Shown: one piece after another, positions 43,531 through 53,181 of the stretch
Layout: each line of letters opens with the position of its first letter
How positions within the stretch are numbered: position 1 is the first letter of the stretch
Origin: an uncultured Gammaproteobacteria bacterium
GTDB taxonomy: Bacteria > Patescibacteriota > Patescibacteriia > SG8-24
Length of the DNA: 64,000 nucleotides
Reading direction: 5' to 3'
Assembly (NCBI GenBank): GCA_964626205.1
Contig: CAZVED010000001.1
Coordinates: 961 to 64,960 of the forward strand
Program-made: the position numbers and the translations under genes
Notes under the pieces: generated by a model
Database searches by the model: none
What the model was told of the DNA's origin: nothing
The model's input: the letters and a program-made list of their open reading frames with translations, nothing else

Positions 43531-44124
43531 TTGCCTATGTTCAGCGCCAAATGGAATGAGAATATCCGCCTGACTCGGATGGACCACGTCCTCGCTGCGA
43601 CTTTTCTCAGGCTCCTCCCGTCACGCGTCACCCCGAACCACCTCACCGTGCTTCGGATGTTGCTTATCGTCCCGACGGTCACCTTGTTAGTGCGGGAACG
43701 GTATGGGTGGGGTATAGCATTGTTTTTATTCGCAGGACTTACTGATGCGCTTGATGGTGCGCTCGCGCGGACGCGGAAACAGATTACGGAATGGGGGATT
43801 CTGTACGATCCGGTTGCGGATAAACTGCTCATCGGCACGGTGCTCGTCGTTATCGTGCTGCGGCACGTGAACGCGGTCATCGGTATCGCGCTGCTGTTCG
43901 TAGAGGCGGTACTCGTGGTCGGCGGATGGCTCCGGAAGCGTCGAGGTGTCGTTGTCCCTGCCGGGCCGTGGGGAAAAGCGAAGATGTTCTTCGAGGTCGC
44001 CGCCGTCCTCTTCTTGCTTATCGCGCTGGCATCCGGCGTCGACCTTTTTGTCGACCTCTCGCAAGGAACGCTTGTTGTCGCTCTCATCACGGCAATCGTC
44101 AGCGTGTTCGCTAAGCTGCACTGA
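43531..44124 (+). CDS. CDP-alcohol phosphatidyltransferase-family protein
   Basis: D-G-x2-A-R...G...D-x3-D signature: LFAGLTDALDGALARTRKQITEWGILYDPVADKLLIG; multiple TM helices. Confidence 0.7.
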   Translation: MPMFSAKWNENIRLTRMDHVLAATFLRLLPSRVTPNHLTVLRMLLIVPTVTLLVRERYGWGIALFLFAGLTDALDGALARTRKQITEWGILYDPVADKLLIGTVLVVIVLRHVNAVIGIALLFVEAVLVVGGWLRKRRGVVVPAGPWGKAKMFFEVAAVLFLLIALASGVDLFVDLSQGTLVVALITAIVSVFAKLH

Positions 44125-45752
44125 TGTCTATGTACGCTGCACTCCGTCGCGCAGTCGTTTTTCTGCCCGCCATCATCGCGCTTGTCATCACCTATGCTTT
44201 CTTGCCGCTTACTGTTCCCGGTATCGATAATTCTCCGGATGAAGCCGCTAACCGTACGTTTGCGACGGAGTTTGCGGAGCATCAGCGACTTTGGCGTCCG
44301 GAACCGCTCGATGTCGTAGCACCCGACCTCGTGCACCCACGCAGCGTCCGCTTCGCGCAGGGCGTACAAGTTCCGGTCGGATTCCTGGGTTTACCGGTTC
44401 TCTACGGAGGCATTGCCATGTTCGCAGGAGTTTGGAGCATTCCATTTTTCACGCCGCTCCTCGCTGCACTCGCCGCACTTGCTTGGGGTGGCATCGTGGC
44501 GCAGGCGTCTGATCGCCGCACGGGTGTCATCGCTGGTACGCTGCTCGCAGCACATCCGGCGTGGTGGTATGTGGCGAGCAGGACGCTCCAACCGAACCTC
44601 CTCTTCATGGCGTTGCTCATCGGCGCGTTATGGTTCTTCACCGCATCACCGCTCAAAGAGGTGCGTCGTGCGATTCCCGCCGGCATGCTGCTTGGTCTCG
44701 CACTTGCCGTCCGTCCGTCCGAAGCGTATTGGATCGCGCTCGTCATCGGTGCGATGCTCGTCATCCTGCGTGATCGTCGTGCGTGGATCGATGCCATGAT
44801 TGCTGCGGCCTGCGCCGGAGTGATGCTGGTACCGTTTGTCATCACGCAGGTTGGCTTGTATGGCGGCATTTTCGCGACCGGGTACGGCAGCGCCATCGGT
44901 TCGGACGTGGTCGGTGCGGCAACAGGCGGCAACGCGGCGAAGCTACTCGGTCCGCTGCAACCGTACCTGTTTCCGCTCGGCTTCGCGCCACGTCTCGCCA
45001 TTGAGACATTCAAAACGTATGGCATCGTGTTTTTCGGATGGTGGTCTGCGCTCGTCGGCGTGGCAGCGCTCGTTGCCGTCGTGCTCGCCGCCCGACGTCG
45101 GCTGACGGTGACGCGCCCTGTCGTCGCCATGCTCGTCGCAGGGATAGTGCTCACGATGTGGCTTGCCGTGTTTTACGGTTCCTGGAGCATTCAGGATAAT
45201 CCCGACCCCAACGCCGTCACTATCGGCGCGTCGTACATCCGATACTGGCTCCCGGTGTTTGCTGCTTCGACGCTTCCGGTTGCCTGGCTCATTTCCCGCA
45301 TCGTGTCCGCTCTTCCGCGCCGACGTATCGGCACGCTCATCGCTGCTATCGCCGTCATCGGTATCGTGGTGACATCCGGGTATCAGATATTCACGTCGCA
45401 TGAAGAGGGGTTGCTCACGGTCCGTGCAAACCTGGAGCGATACATGGAAGAGCGCGATACCGTTCTCACACTCACCGAAGAAGACGCCCTTATCGTCGTG
45501 GACCGTTCCGACAAGGTGCTCTACCCGCATCGTAGCGTCGTCACACCGCTTCGTTCCGATCGCACCTATGCTGCGCTGCCGGCACTCGCCGCGGAAGTGC
45601 CCGTGTACTACTTCGGTATCACGTTGCCAGCGTCGGACCTTGCCTGGCTGAACACGGTGAAGCTTCCTCCACTGGGGTTGTCTATCGAGCCGATCCGACC
45701 GTTCGTAGATCAGACGTTATACCGATTCATCCGTAACGAGGAGTCGCAATGA
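44124..45752 (+). CDS. GT-C glycosyltransferase, family 39/83-like (PMT_2/ArnT-type) membrane protein
   Basis: more than 10 TM helices; N-terminal loop GIDNSPDEAANRTFATEF resembles the PMT_2/ArnT DE-motif loop. Confidence 0.5.
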   Translation: MSMYAALRRAVVFLPAIIALVITYAFLPLTVPGIDNSPDEAANRTFATEFAEHQRLWRPEPLDVVAPDLVHPRSVRFAQGVQVPVGFLGLPVLYGGIAMFAGVWSIPFFTPLLAALAALAWGGIVAQASDRRTGVIAGTLLAAHPAWWYVASRTLQPNLLFMALLIGALWFFTASPLKEVRRAIPAGMLLGLALAVRPSEAYWIALVIGAMLVILRDRRAWIDAMIAAACAGVMLVPFVITQVGLYGGIFATGYGSAIGSDVVGAATGGNAAKLLGPLQPYLFPLGFAPRLAIETFKTYGIVFFGWWSALVGVAALVAVVLAARRRLTVTRPVVAMLVAGIVLTMWLAVFYGSWSIQDNPDPNAVTIGASYIRYWLPVFAASTLPVAWLISRIVSALPRRRIGTLIAAIAVIGIVVTSGYQIFTSHEEGLLTVRANLERYMEERDTVLTLTEEDALIVVDRSDKVLYPHRSVVTPLRSDRTYAALPALAAEVPVYYFGITLPASDLAWLNTVKLPPLGLSIEPIRPFVDQTLYRFIRNEESQ

Positions 45753-47311
45753 TGCCAAGTCGTCACATCAGCAGGTTCGTTCGTTTCGTGGCAACGCTGG
45801 TCGTCATCGGGGTGGCGTGCGCGGTCGTTTTGCGCATCACGGTTCCGTCCGGCGTCTTACACGCAGAGACGGGGTTCCTCCGACCGACGCCGCTTCTCTC
45901 CGCCCCGAAGCCGTCAGAGCGAGTCATGGGACCAACAGGAGCAGGCGCGCGAAATGCCACTGGCGTGACGGCAGTCGCCACGCCGGTCTACGTCGATATG
46001 ACCCCGCCGGATGCCTACGATCGCGCCATCGTCACGTTGCGCTACCGCAGCGAAGGGCAGCCGGTCATCGAAATCGGCGCGCTCACGTCGCCGCTCGATG
46101 AATCGTTCCTTATGCGCCCCGCCGGAAATCGTTTGCTCGACCTGCTTTCTTGGTCTCGGATCACGAGCGGGACGCTGACGCTCTTGCAGCGCGATGCACG
46201 GTATCCGTCCATCGATGCGTTCCTGCAGGACCCGCCATCTCCGGAGGAAATCGCCGTCTACCACGCATCCGTCGATGCGCCGTTCCGCATTCCAGGGTAC
46301 GTCCCATCATCCGATATGACCTCGACGGACGTTTCGTTGCGCGGCGGACATACGATGCTGACGTACGTGGAGGGCGAGGACTTGCAGTTCACGTTTTCCG
46401 TGCAGGATATGAACCGGCAGCTTGGCGGTGATCCGGTGACGGTTTCCGTCTACAAGGCGGGGGACTCCTCGCGCGCACTGGCTCGAGCGGTGCTTGCTGA
46501 CGACGGGAACGTTTCCGACGATCAGCGCTCGGAGGGCCTGCGCTCCGTCTCCGTGACGCTCACGGATCCGCCGACGGGCGCATACCGCATTGTCGTGACC
46601 GTCTCCGACGACGTGTTCATTCGTTCCATTCGCACACCGCAGCGTAAGCTCGTTGTTGACGGGCGCATCTACCTCGGTGATCACGTTGGGTATAGCAATC
46701 GCACCGACCCGATCGCGGTCATCGCGAGCGGCACGCGTCTCGTCGCACGAACGCCGCATGCAGAGGCGCTTCAGACGCTCGATGTCGATGGCCGCCCACT
46801 GGTTATCGATGCCATGCATGCCGCCGTGCACGCCCGGCTCGGAGAGGTTCGCGGACGCCGTACTGTTACGTCCCCGAAACGCTCCGTGACGCTTGAAACG
46901 GACGGCGTCTTTGCGCTCTCGGACGCGCAATTTTTCGATCCGCTTCCGCTCACGATACGGTGGCACACCGATGAAGCGGCGCTTTCCGCTGCAGGTATTC
47001 GGTACGTACTCACGTCATACGTGTCGCCAGTGTACGATGGGGACGTATCCGTCGCGACCGCGGAGTTTCCGACGTCGATGCTTGCGCTGACACCGGACGG
47101 GGCGTACCGTTTTACCATCTCCGCACCAGGACTCGGCGAGAACGGTCATGCCGTGCATGTGGAGTCGTTGGGCGTCACGCTGCGACGGCCGGCGTCGTCC
47201 TTTGCGGAGGCGATGAGCCGTCTCGTGCGCGGTTTGGAGCCACCATCCGCATCGTCCTTCATTCCTTCCGTCGTGGCGGATACCGTCACGTTCGGTGAAC
47301 GTATCCCGTGA
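45749..47311 (+). CDS. membrane-anchored hypothetical protein (520 aa), translationally coupled to the GT-C gene
   Basis: N-terminal TM (FVRFVATLVVIGVACAVVL), large extracytoplasmic beta-rich region; ATGA overlap at 45749-45752. Confidence 0.45.
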   Translation: MMPSRHISRFVRFVATLVVIGVACAVVLRITVPSGVLHAETGFLRPTPLLSAPKPSERVMGPTGAGARNATGVTAVATPVYVDMTPPDAYDRAIVTLRYRSEGQPVIEIGALTSPLDESFLMRPAGNRLLDLLSWSRITSGTLTLLQRDARYPSIDAFLQDPPSPEEIAVYHASVDAPFRIPGYVPSSDMTSTDVSLRGGHTMLTYVEGEDLQFTFSVQDMNRQLGGDPVTVSVYKAGDSSRALARAVLADDGNVSDDQRSEGLRSVSVTLTDPPTGAYRIVVTVSDDVFIRSIRTPQRKLVVDGRIYLGDHVGYSNRTDPIAVIASGTRLVARTPHAEALQTLDVDGRPLVIDAMHAAVHARLGEVRGRRTVTSPKRSVTLETDGVFALSDAQFFDPLPLTIRWHTDEAALSAAGIRYVLTSYVSPVYDGDVSVATAEFPTSMLALTPDGAYRFTISAPGLGENGHAVHVESLGVTLRRPASSFAEAMSRLVRGLEPPSASSFIPSVVADTVTFGERIP

Positions 47312-47320
47312 TCGATACCT

Positions 47321-47713
47321 ATGCGACGAGACGAACTGCGCACTTTTCTTCCCATCATCGCCGATGTCGCATCGGTGACGTTCGTCGCGAGCTGCCTTCT
47401 TGTGCTCATTGCGGCAGCAGGCGAGCTACGAAGCCCTGGTCTTGCCGCGAGTTTCCTTTCCCTGCAGGTGCTTGTCGTTCTTGCCGTGACAGCAGGGTTG
47501 GTGTCGTTGTCTGTGCCGAGGGCATCCCCGATGTCACGTGCTGCGCGCGTCGGGTATGTTGTGACAGGCACCATTGCGACGGCTGCCGTCGCGGCGCTTG
47601 CATGGGAGTACTTCGCGCCGTTTCCTGATATGCGCTTCCCGCTCACCGCACTCACGACGCTCACTGTTGCGACAGCTTTCATTTTTTTCCGCCGGCCGTC
47701 CGTAGCCGCATGA
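47321..47713 (+). CDS. small polytopic membrane protein
   Basis: 130 aa with four hydrophobic helices. Confidence 0.4.
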   Translation: MRRDELRTFLPIIADVASVTFVASCLLVLIAAAGELRSPGLAASFLSLQVLVVLAVTAGLVSLSVPRASPMSRAARVGYVVTGTIATAAVAALAWEYFAPFPDMRFPLTALTTLTVATAFIFFRRPSVAA

Positions 47714-47723
47714 CCATACGCCT

Positions 47724-48134
47724 ATGACCGACTGCATCTTCTGCAAGATCGTCCGCAAGGAAATTCCCGCCAGCATCGTCCATGAAGACGATGTCAGTCT
47801 CGCATTCCTCGACATTCGCCCCACGAGTGAGGGGCACGTGCTCGTCATCCCCAAGGCGCACTTCGACGGATTCGCCACGACGCCGCCAGATGTCCTCTCC
47901 GCACTCATGCCCATCGTGCAGCGCGTTGCCGTTGCGGCGACCGCGGCTGTCGGTGCGCCAGCGTTCAATATCGGCGTGAATACGGGCAAGGAGGCAGGTC
48001 AGGTCGTTTTCCATACGCACATCCACGTCATCCCACGGAAGACGGACGATGGTCTCGAGATGTGGCATGGTAAGGAGCTTCCGAAGGAGCGCATGGAAGA
48101 GATTCTCGCTGCCGTCCAGACACGCATGGTATGA
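47724..48134 (+). CDS. HIT-family (histidine triad) nucleotide hydrolase/transferase
   Basis: CIFCKIV...; histidine triad HTHIHVIPR; stop overlaps the rfbB start. Confidence 0.75.
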   Translation: MTDCIFCKIVRKEIPASIVHEDDVSLAFLDIRPTSEGHVLVIPKAHFDGFATTPPDVLSALMPIVQRVAVAATAAVGAPAFNIGVNTGKEAGQVVFHTHIHVIPRKTDDGLEMWHGKELPKERMEEILAAVQTRMV

Positions 48135-49159
48135 GGACGCTCTTGGTCACTGGCGGCGCCGGATTCATCGGCTCCGCGTTCATCCGTCACCAGCTCACCG
48201 CGCATGACGACGTCCACATCGTCAATTTCGACGCGCTCACGTATGCCGGGAACTTGGAGAATCTCGCGAGCGTGCAGGACGATCCACGGTACCGGTTCGT
48301 GAAAGGTGACATCTTGGACGCTGACGCCGTCGTTGCCGCGCTGCAAGGAGTGGATGCCCTCGTGCATTTCGCCGCTGAGTCGCACAATGACCGCGGAGTG
48401 TTGGACCCGTCCGTTTTCGTACGTACCAACGTCCTCGGCACACAGACGCTGCTCGAGGCATGCCGCCGTAACGGCAATGTCCGCTTCCATCACATTTCCA
48501 CGGACGAGGTGTACGGGCACCTCGGTCTCGACGACGACCGTTCCTGGACGGAAGAGGAACCAAAGAAACCACGGTCACCCTACAGCGCCTCTAAGGCCGC
48601 AAGCGATCATCTCGTGATGGCGTACTTCCACACGTTCGGCCTGCCGGTCACTATCAGCAATTGCGTGAACAACTACGGGCCGTACCAGTTTCCGGAAAAG
48701 CTCATTCCGCTCTTCACGACGAATGCATTGGAGGACAAGCCGCTACCGTTGTTCAAGAGCAGTCTCAACCGTCGCGAGTGGATCGATGCCGCGGACCACA
48801 GCTCCGCGGTGGACCTTATCTTGCGGAATGGCAGGTTGGGGGAGACGTACCATATCGGTACCGGCGAGGAGCGTTCCGTGGAGCAGGTGACGGACATCAT
48901 CCTGCGGACATTGGGCAAGCCGGATTCGCTCAAGACCTACGTCCCGGACCGGCCGGGCCACGACGCACGCTACGCCCTCGACTCCACCAAGCTCCGTACA
49001 GAGCTCGGTTGGAAGCCGTCCAAGACAGTCGACGAAGGCATTGCCGAGACCGTACGCTGGTATCGGGACAATCCAGAATGGTGGAAGCGGGTGAAGTCCG
49101 GCGACTATCAACGCCACTACGACGCGTACTACAAAGGAGCGCTCGGCGCTGACGTCTGA
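48131..49159 (+). CDS. rfbB: dTDP-glucose 4,6-dehydratase
   Basis: LVTGGAGFIGSAFIRH, catalytic YSASKAASDHL; 342 aa; in operon with rfbC/D/A. Confidence 0.9.
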   Translation: MRTLLVTGGAGFIGSAFIRHQLTAHDDVHIVNFDALTYAGNLENLASVQDDPRYRFVKGDILDADAVVAALQGVDALVHFAAESHNDRGVLDPSVFVRTNVLGTQTLLEACRRNGNVRFHHISTDEVYGHLGLDDDRSWTEEEPKKPRSPYSASKAASDHLVMAYFHTFGLPVTISNCVNNYGPYQFPEKLIPLFTTNALEDKPLPLFKSSLNRREWIDAADHSSAVDLILRNGRLGETYHIGTGEERSVEQVTDIILRTLGKPDSLKTYVPDRPGHDARYALDSTKLRTELGWKPSKTVDEGIAETVRWYRDNPEWWKRVKSGDYQRHYDAYYKGALGADV

Positions 49160-49162
49160 CCT

Positions 49163-49714
49163 ATGCGAAAGATCGATACGCATATCCCCGGTCTCTGCGT
49201 CATCGAACCGCAGGTCTTCCAAGATGACCGCGGACATTTCTTCGAGCTGTACAGCGCGGAGAAGCTCGCCGCGTTCGGCATCGATCCGATCGTGAAACAG
49301 ATCAACCAGAGTTCGTCCAAGAAGGGTGTACTCCGCGGCCTGCATTTTCAGGCGCCACCGCATGACCAGACCAAGCTTGTCCGTTGCGCGCGCGGACGGA
49401 TCTTCGATGTCACGGTCGACATTCGTAAGGGCTCGCCAACGTACGGTGCGTGGTTCGGCATCGAACTCTCGGAGGAGAACAAGAAGATGCTCTACGTGCC
49501 GACAGGTTTCGCGCACGGATTCATTGCGCTCACCGATGGTGCGGAGTTGCAGTACATGGTCGGCAACGCGCCGTATGTAAAGGATGCCGAGGGCGGTCTC
49601 CGTTTCGACGATCCTGTGCTCGGCATCGAATGGCCGCTGGAAGGCGCACCGCTCGTGAACGAGCGCGATCGTACGTTCCCGGATTTTGCGACATTTGTAA
49701 CGCCGTTCCCATGA
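49163..49714 (+). CDS. rfbC: dTDP-4-dehydrorhamnose 3,5-epimerase
   Basis: IPGLCVIEPQVFQDDRGHFFE, GLHFQ, cupin fold, 183 aa. Confidence 0.9.
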   Translation: MRKIDTHIPGLCVIEPQVFQDDRGHFFELYSAEKLAAFGIDPIVKQINQSSSKKGVLRGLHFQAPPHDQTKLVRCARGRIFDVTVDIRKGSPTYGAWFGIELSEENKKMLYVPTGFAHGFIALTDGAELQYMVGNAPYVKDAEGGLRFDDPVLGIEWPLEGAPLVNERDRTFPDFATFVTPFP

Positions 49715-50580
49715 AGGTCCTCATTCTTGGCGCAAAAGGAAATCTCGGCAGCGAGCTCGTGCGCGCCTTTACCGCTGCCGAGCATGAGGTCGAGGGTACG
49801 GACCGGGAGGAGCTCGACGTCACGGACGTCGAGGCCTTGCATTCGCGTATCGTGCACGGCGGCTATGGGGCGGTCGTGAACGCGGTCGCGTGGAATGACG
49901 TCGATGGCGCGGAAGATGTGGCGAAGCAGCCGGCGGTGATCGCGCTGAATGCGGTCGCGCCGGGCGTCATGGCGGCGGCCTGCGCGGAGGCAGGTGCGGC
50001 GTTCGTGCACTATTCCACCGACTACGTGTTCGATGGCACCAAGCCGGAAGGCTATGTCGAAGCCGATGAGCCGACGCCGGTTTCTTTCTACGGCGTATCG
50101 AAAGCGGCAGGGGAGCGTGCGGCGCTTGTCGCTGGTGGCAAGGTCTACGTGGTGCGGACGAGTAAGATTTTCGGCCCACAGGGACCGTCGCCGGCAGCGA
50201 AGCCGAGCTTCGTGAGCGTGATGCTCCGCCTCGCCATGGAGAAGTCGGAGCTCTCCATCGTGGACGAGGAGACCGGCATGCCCACCTTCACGTGCGATAT
50301 CGCCGAGGCGACAGTCCGTCTGCTCGTCGAAGGGTTCGCCCCTGGCATTTATCATTTCGTGAACGAGGGCCCGGCAGTGACCTGGTACGGATTCGCCGAA
50401 GAGTTCTTTGGCCTCATGGGTGTCACGACCCCACGCAAGCCGGTTCCGATGTCGGCGTTCCCGCGTCCGGCGAAGCGCCCGCTTTTTGCTCCGCTCCGCA
50501 ACACCACGTTTCCGCCGTTAAGGCCGCGCAGCGAGGCGCTCGCCGCCTTCCTTTTGTCTTTTCTGCCTGCCGTGCGGTAG
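49711..50580 (+). CDS. rfbD: dTDP-4-dehydrorhamnose reductase
   Basis: MKVLILGAKGNLGSEL Rossmann N-terminus, YGVSKAAGE (YxxxK); start ATG 49711 overlaps the rfbC stop (ORF-track start 49450 is read-through). Confidence 0.85.
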   Translation: MKVLILGAKGNLGSELVRAFTAAEHEVEGTDREELDVTDVEALHSRIVHGGYGAVVNAVAWNDVDGAEDVAKQPAVIALNAVAPGVMAAACAEAGAAFVHYSTDYVFDGTKPEGYVEADEPTPVSFYGVSKAAGERAALVAGGKVYVVRTSKIFGPQGPSPAAKPSFVSVMLRLAMEKSELSIVDEETGMPTFTCDIAEATVRLLVEGFAPGIYHFVNEGPAVTWYGFAEEFFGLMGVTTPRKPVPMSAFPRPAKRPLFAPLRNTTFPPLRPRSEALAAFLLSFLPAVR

Positions 50581-50594
50581 GCTTGAACGTACCT

Positions 50595-51674
50595 ATGAAA
50601 GCGCTCATCACCGCCGGAGGACGCGCCACGCGCTTGCGTCCCATCACCACGACCATCAACAAGCACCTCATCCCGTTGGCCAACAAGCCGATGCTCTTCA
50701 ACGCGATCGAGAAGATCACGGAAGCCGGCATCACGGAGATCGGCATCAACGTGAATCCGGGGGAGACGGAGATCCAGGCGGTGCTGGGTGACGGCAGCCG
50801 TTGGGGAGCGCACATCACCTACATCGAGCAGGTCGGCGGACCACTCGGTCTGGCGCACATCGTGAAGAACGCGCGTCCGTTCATCGGGAACGAGCCGTTC
50901 CTGTTCTATCTCGGCGACAACATCATTCTCGGCAGCATCAAGGGCTTCGTGAAGCAGTTTCAAGAAGAGAAGCGCGATGCGCTCCTTGCACTTTCCAAAG
51001 TGCGCGATCCGCAGCGTTTCGGGGTGCCGGTCATCGAGGATGGTCGCATCGTACGCGTGGATGAGAAGCCAATGAACCCCAAGAGCGATTTCGCGGTCAC
51101 GGGCATTTACCTGTACGGTCCGAGCATCTTCGACGCCTGCGACGCCATTCCGCCGTCCGCGCGCGGCGAGTATGAGATCTCTGACGCGCATACCTGGCTC
51201 ATCGAGAATGGCGGGTCGGTCGGCTATCAGGAAATCACTGGATGGTGGAAGGATACCGGTAAGCCGGCGGATCTCCTCGAAGGCAACCAGCTCCTTCTCG
51301 CGGAGATGAAGCCGGAGCACGCCACGCAGGAGGGGGTGGTCAACGAATCCGCCGTCATTCACGGCAAGGTGCAGATCGGAAAGGGGACAGTCATCGGTCC
51401 TGACACGATCATTCGTGGCCCCGTTGCAATCGGGGAGAACTGCACGATCACTCGGAGCTATATCGGTCCGTCCACCTCCATTGGCAACGGCGTCACCATC
51501 TCGGATGCGGAAATCGAGCACTCCGTCATCTTCGAAGGCGTGAGCATCGTCGGTATCAAGCGCCGTCTCGTCGATTGCCTCATCGGTCGCAACGCGCAGA
51601 TCGTTTCCGCGGAGTCTTCACTTCCGCGTGGGCATCAGCTTCTCGTCGGCGATAACTCGCTCGTGCAGGTGTAG
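50595..51674 (+). CDS. rfbA: glucose-1-phosphate thymidylyltransferase, long form with C-terminal left-handed beta-helix (hexapeptide) domain
   Basis: GGRATRLRPIT nucleotidyltransferase motif; C-terminal hexapeptide-like repeats (VIHGKVQIGKGTVIGPDTIIRGPVAIGENCTI...); 359 aa. Confidence 0.75.
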   Translation: MKALITAGGRATRLRPITTTINKHLIPLANKPMLFNAIEKITEAGITEIGINVNPGETEIQAVLGDGSRWGAHITYIEQVGGPLGLAHIVKNARPFIGNEPFLFYLGDNIILGSIKGFVKQFQEEKRDALLALSKVRDPQRFGVPVIEDGRIVRVDEKPMNPKSDFAVTGIYLYGPSIFDACDAIPPSARGEYEISDAHTWLIENGGSVGYQEITGWWKDTGKPADLLEGNQLLLAEMKPEHATQEGVVNESAVIHGKVQIGKGTVIGPDTIIRGPVAIGENCTITRSYIGPSTSIGNGVTISDAEIEHSVIFEGVSIVGIKRRLVDCLIGRNAQIVSAESSLPRGHQLLVGDNSLVQV

Positions 51675-51734
51675 GAATGGTCGGCTGGCGGAACCGGGTG
51701 GCCCCGCGCCAGCCGAGCGTTCCTGATTTTCGCA

Positions 51735-51764
51735 AAAAGCCGCCCAGGAAAGGCGGTTTCTGTT
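51735..51764. terminator. bidirectional rho-independent terminator
   Basis: AAAAAGCCGCC-caggaaa-GGCGGTTTCTGTT between convergent rfbA and the 51775..53154 gene. Confidence 0.55.
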
Positions 51765-51774
51765 CAAGGCGATG

Positions 51775-53154
51775 TCACAGCCCTCGAGCGTAGATGCCGT
51801 GCTGGTTGCCAATCGCGCCGAGGAAGAGGATACGTGTGCCTTGTAGATCGAAGCCGACTCCGCCGACGGTTTCGAATCGGACAAGATCGTAAGTGGCGCG
51901 CCCACCGATGTCATCGCGTTCGATGAGCGTGATACCGGCATCCGTGGCATAGGCGATGAGCGGGAGTCCGGAAAGCGCATGGACGTCGCGAATGGTCGAT
52001 CCGATACGGGTGATGAGCGTTCGGCTTCCCGACACAGCATCGACCGATATGATTTCATAGTCGTTCCAGAGCAACAGGTCGCGCCAGCCGGTTTCCTGCG
52101 CCGGTAGCGTAAGGCGGTCGGCGTCATACGTGCCGATGACCTTTTTCGCAGCGAGGTCCACCAGCAGCATTGTTTCACGCGAGGTTGCGGCGAGGAGCGC
52201 GCGGTCGCCCGCGACGCGCAGGATGCGGTCCGCAGGAATCGGCAGCTCCAGGAGCGTATCATCGGCGAAGCCGAGCTGGCGGATGCCGTCGACGGTGACG
52301 ATGGCCAGTCCAGCGTCTTCATTCGCGTCGAAGATTTCCGTTTCTTCGAACGAGAGACCCAGGCCGACCCCGGGCGGATACCCCTCTCCGGGAGATTGTG
52401 CCAGCGGATCGATGCTCAGGAGCAGACCCGAGTCGAAGCCCGGGAGGTCATTGAAGACGACGATGGCGCGTTCATCGTTCGCCCAATGGAACCACGACGA
52501 TCGCAACCATGGCAGTACGTCGTGAATCGCGATGGCATCATGCGGCGGCGACGTCCGGTACAGGGTCAATGTTGGCGCACCATCGCGCATTGCGGCGACG
52601 GAAACGTAGGAACCGCTCGGTGACCACTGTACGACGATGTCCTTGTAGGCGTCTTTGCCGAAGCGTGCAAGGAGCGAGGTGCCGCCGGTTGCCACGTCCG
52701 CGATGCCGAGCTCTTTCCATTCCCCGGCGTCACGCGTGAACGCGAAGCGAGCGCCGTTCTCGTCGAAGACTGCCGTATCGGCGTTGAACGGCGTTTGCAA
52801 AATCGGAAGCCTGTCGCTCACGAGATGGATGCCTGACGCGAACGTCGTTTCACCGCTCCGCACATCCAAGGCTCTTTCCCATGGGAGGGTTCCCGGTCGT
52901 TCGAGCCGGATGAGATATCGTTCGGGCAGCAACCGGAAGAGCGAGGCCGGGGTGGTTTGGCCTGTTGGAGCGTCGTTCAGGAAAATCATCGCGCCGGACG
53001 GAGAGGTCTCAATGCGAAGGATTCCTGTCTTTTCCAGTTTCGCCTTCTGCCAATCGTACCGATAGCCCTGCGTATACAGGACGATGGCTGGCGCGGTCAT
53101 CGCGAAGGCGATGAAAAAGAGGGTGACGAGGATTGTTCTGGCGCGTTTCGACAT
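51775..53154 (-). CDS. PEGA-domain protein with N-terminal TM and C-terminal beta-propeller-like region
   Basis: TM ILVTLFFIAFAMTAPAIVLY, then PEGA-like GILRIETSPSGAMIFLNDAPTGQTTP...YLIRLERPG; about 350-aa beta-rich C-terminus. Confidence 0.5.
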   Translation of the reverse strand: MSKRARTILVTLFFIAFAMTAPAIVLYTQGYRYDWQKAKLEKTGILRIETSPSGAMIFLNDAPTGQTTPASLFRLLPERYLIRLERPGTLPWERALDVRSGETTFASGIHLVSDRLPILQTPFNADTAVFDENGARFAFTRDAGEWKELGIADVATGGTSLLARFGKDAYKDIVVQWSPSGSYVSVAAMRDGAPTLTLYRTSPPHDAIAIHDVLPWLRSSWFHWANDERAIVVFNDLPGFDSGLLLSIDPLAQSPGEGYPPGVGLGLSFEETEIFDANEDAGLAIVTVDGIRQLGFADDTLLELPIPADRILRVAGDRALLAATSRETMLLVDLAAKKVIGTYDADRLTLPAQETGWRDLLLWNDYEIISVDAVSGSRTLITRIGSTIRDVHALSGLPLIAYATDAGITLIERDDIGGRATYDLVRFETVGGVGFDLQGTRILFLGAIGNQHGIYARGL

Positions 53155-53181
53155 TTCCGTCTATCGTTAGGAGATACGCAT

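Noticed and set aside
43506-44369. N-terminal ~288 aa of the ORF-track ORF 41352..44369 (minus)
   Set aside because: This part is antisense to the CDP-alcohol phosphatidyltransferase gene and the start of the GT-C gene, and is Ser/Thr/Arg-rich low complexity. The real membrane-protein gene most plausibly starts at the Met at 43505.
50352-51521. 389-aa minus-strand ORF opposite rfbA
   Set aside because: The plus strand has the G-G-x-x-T-R-L nucleotidyltransferase motif and hexapeptide repeats.
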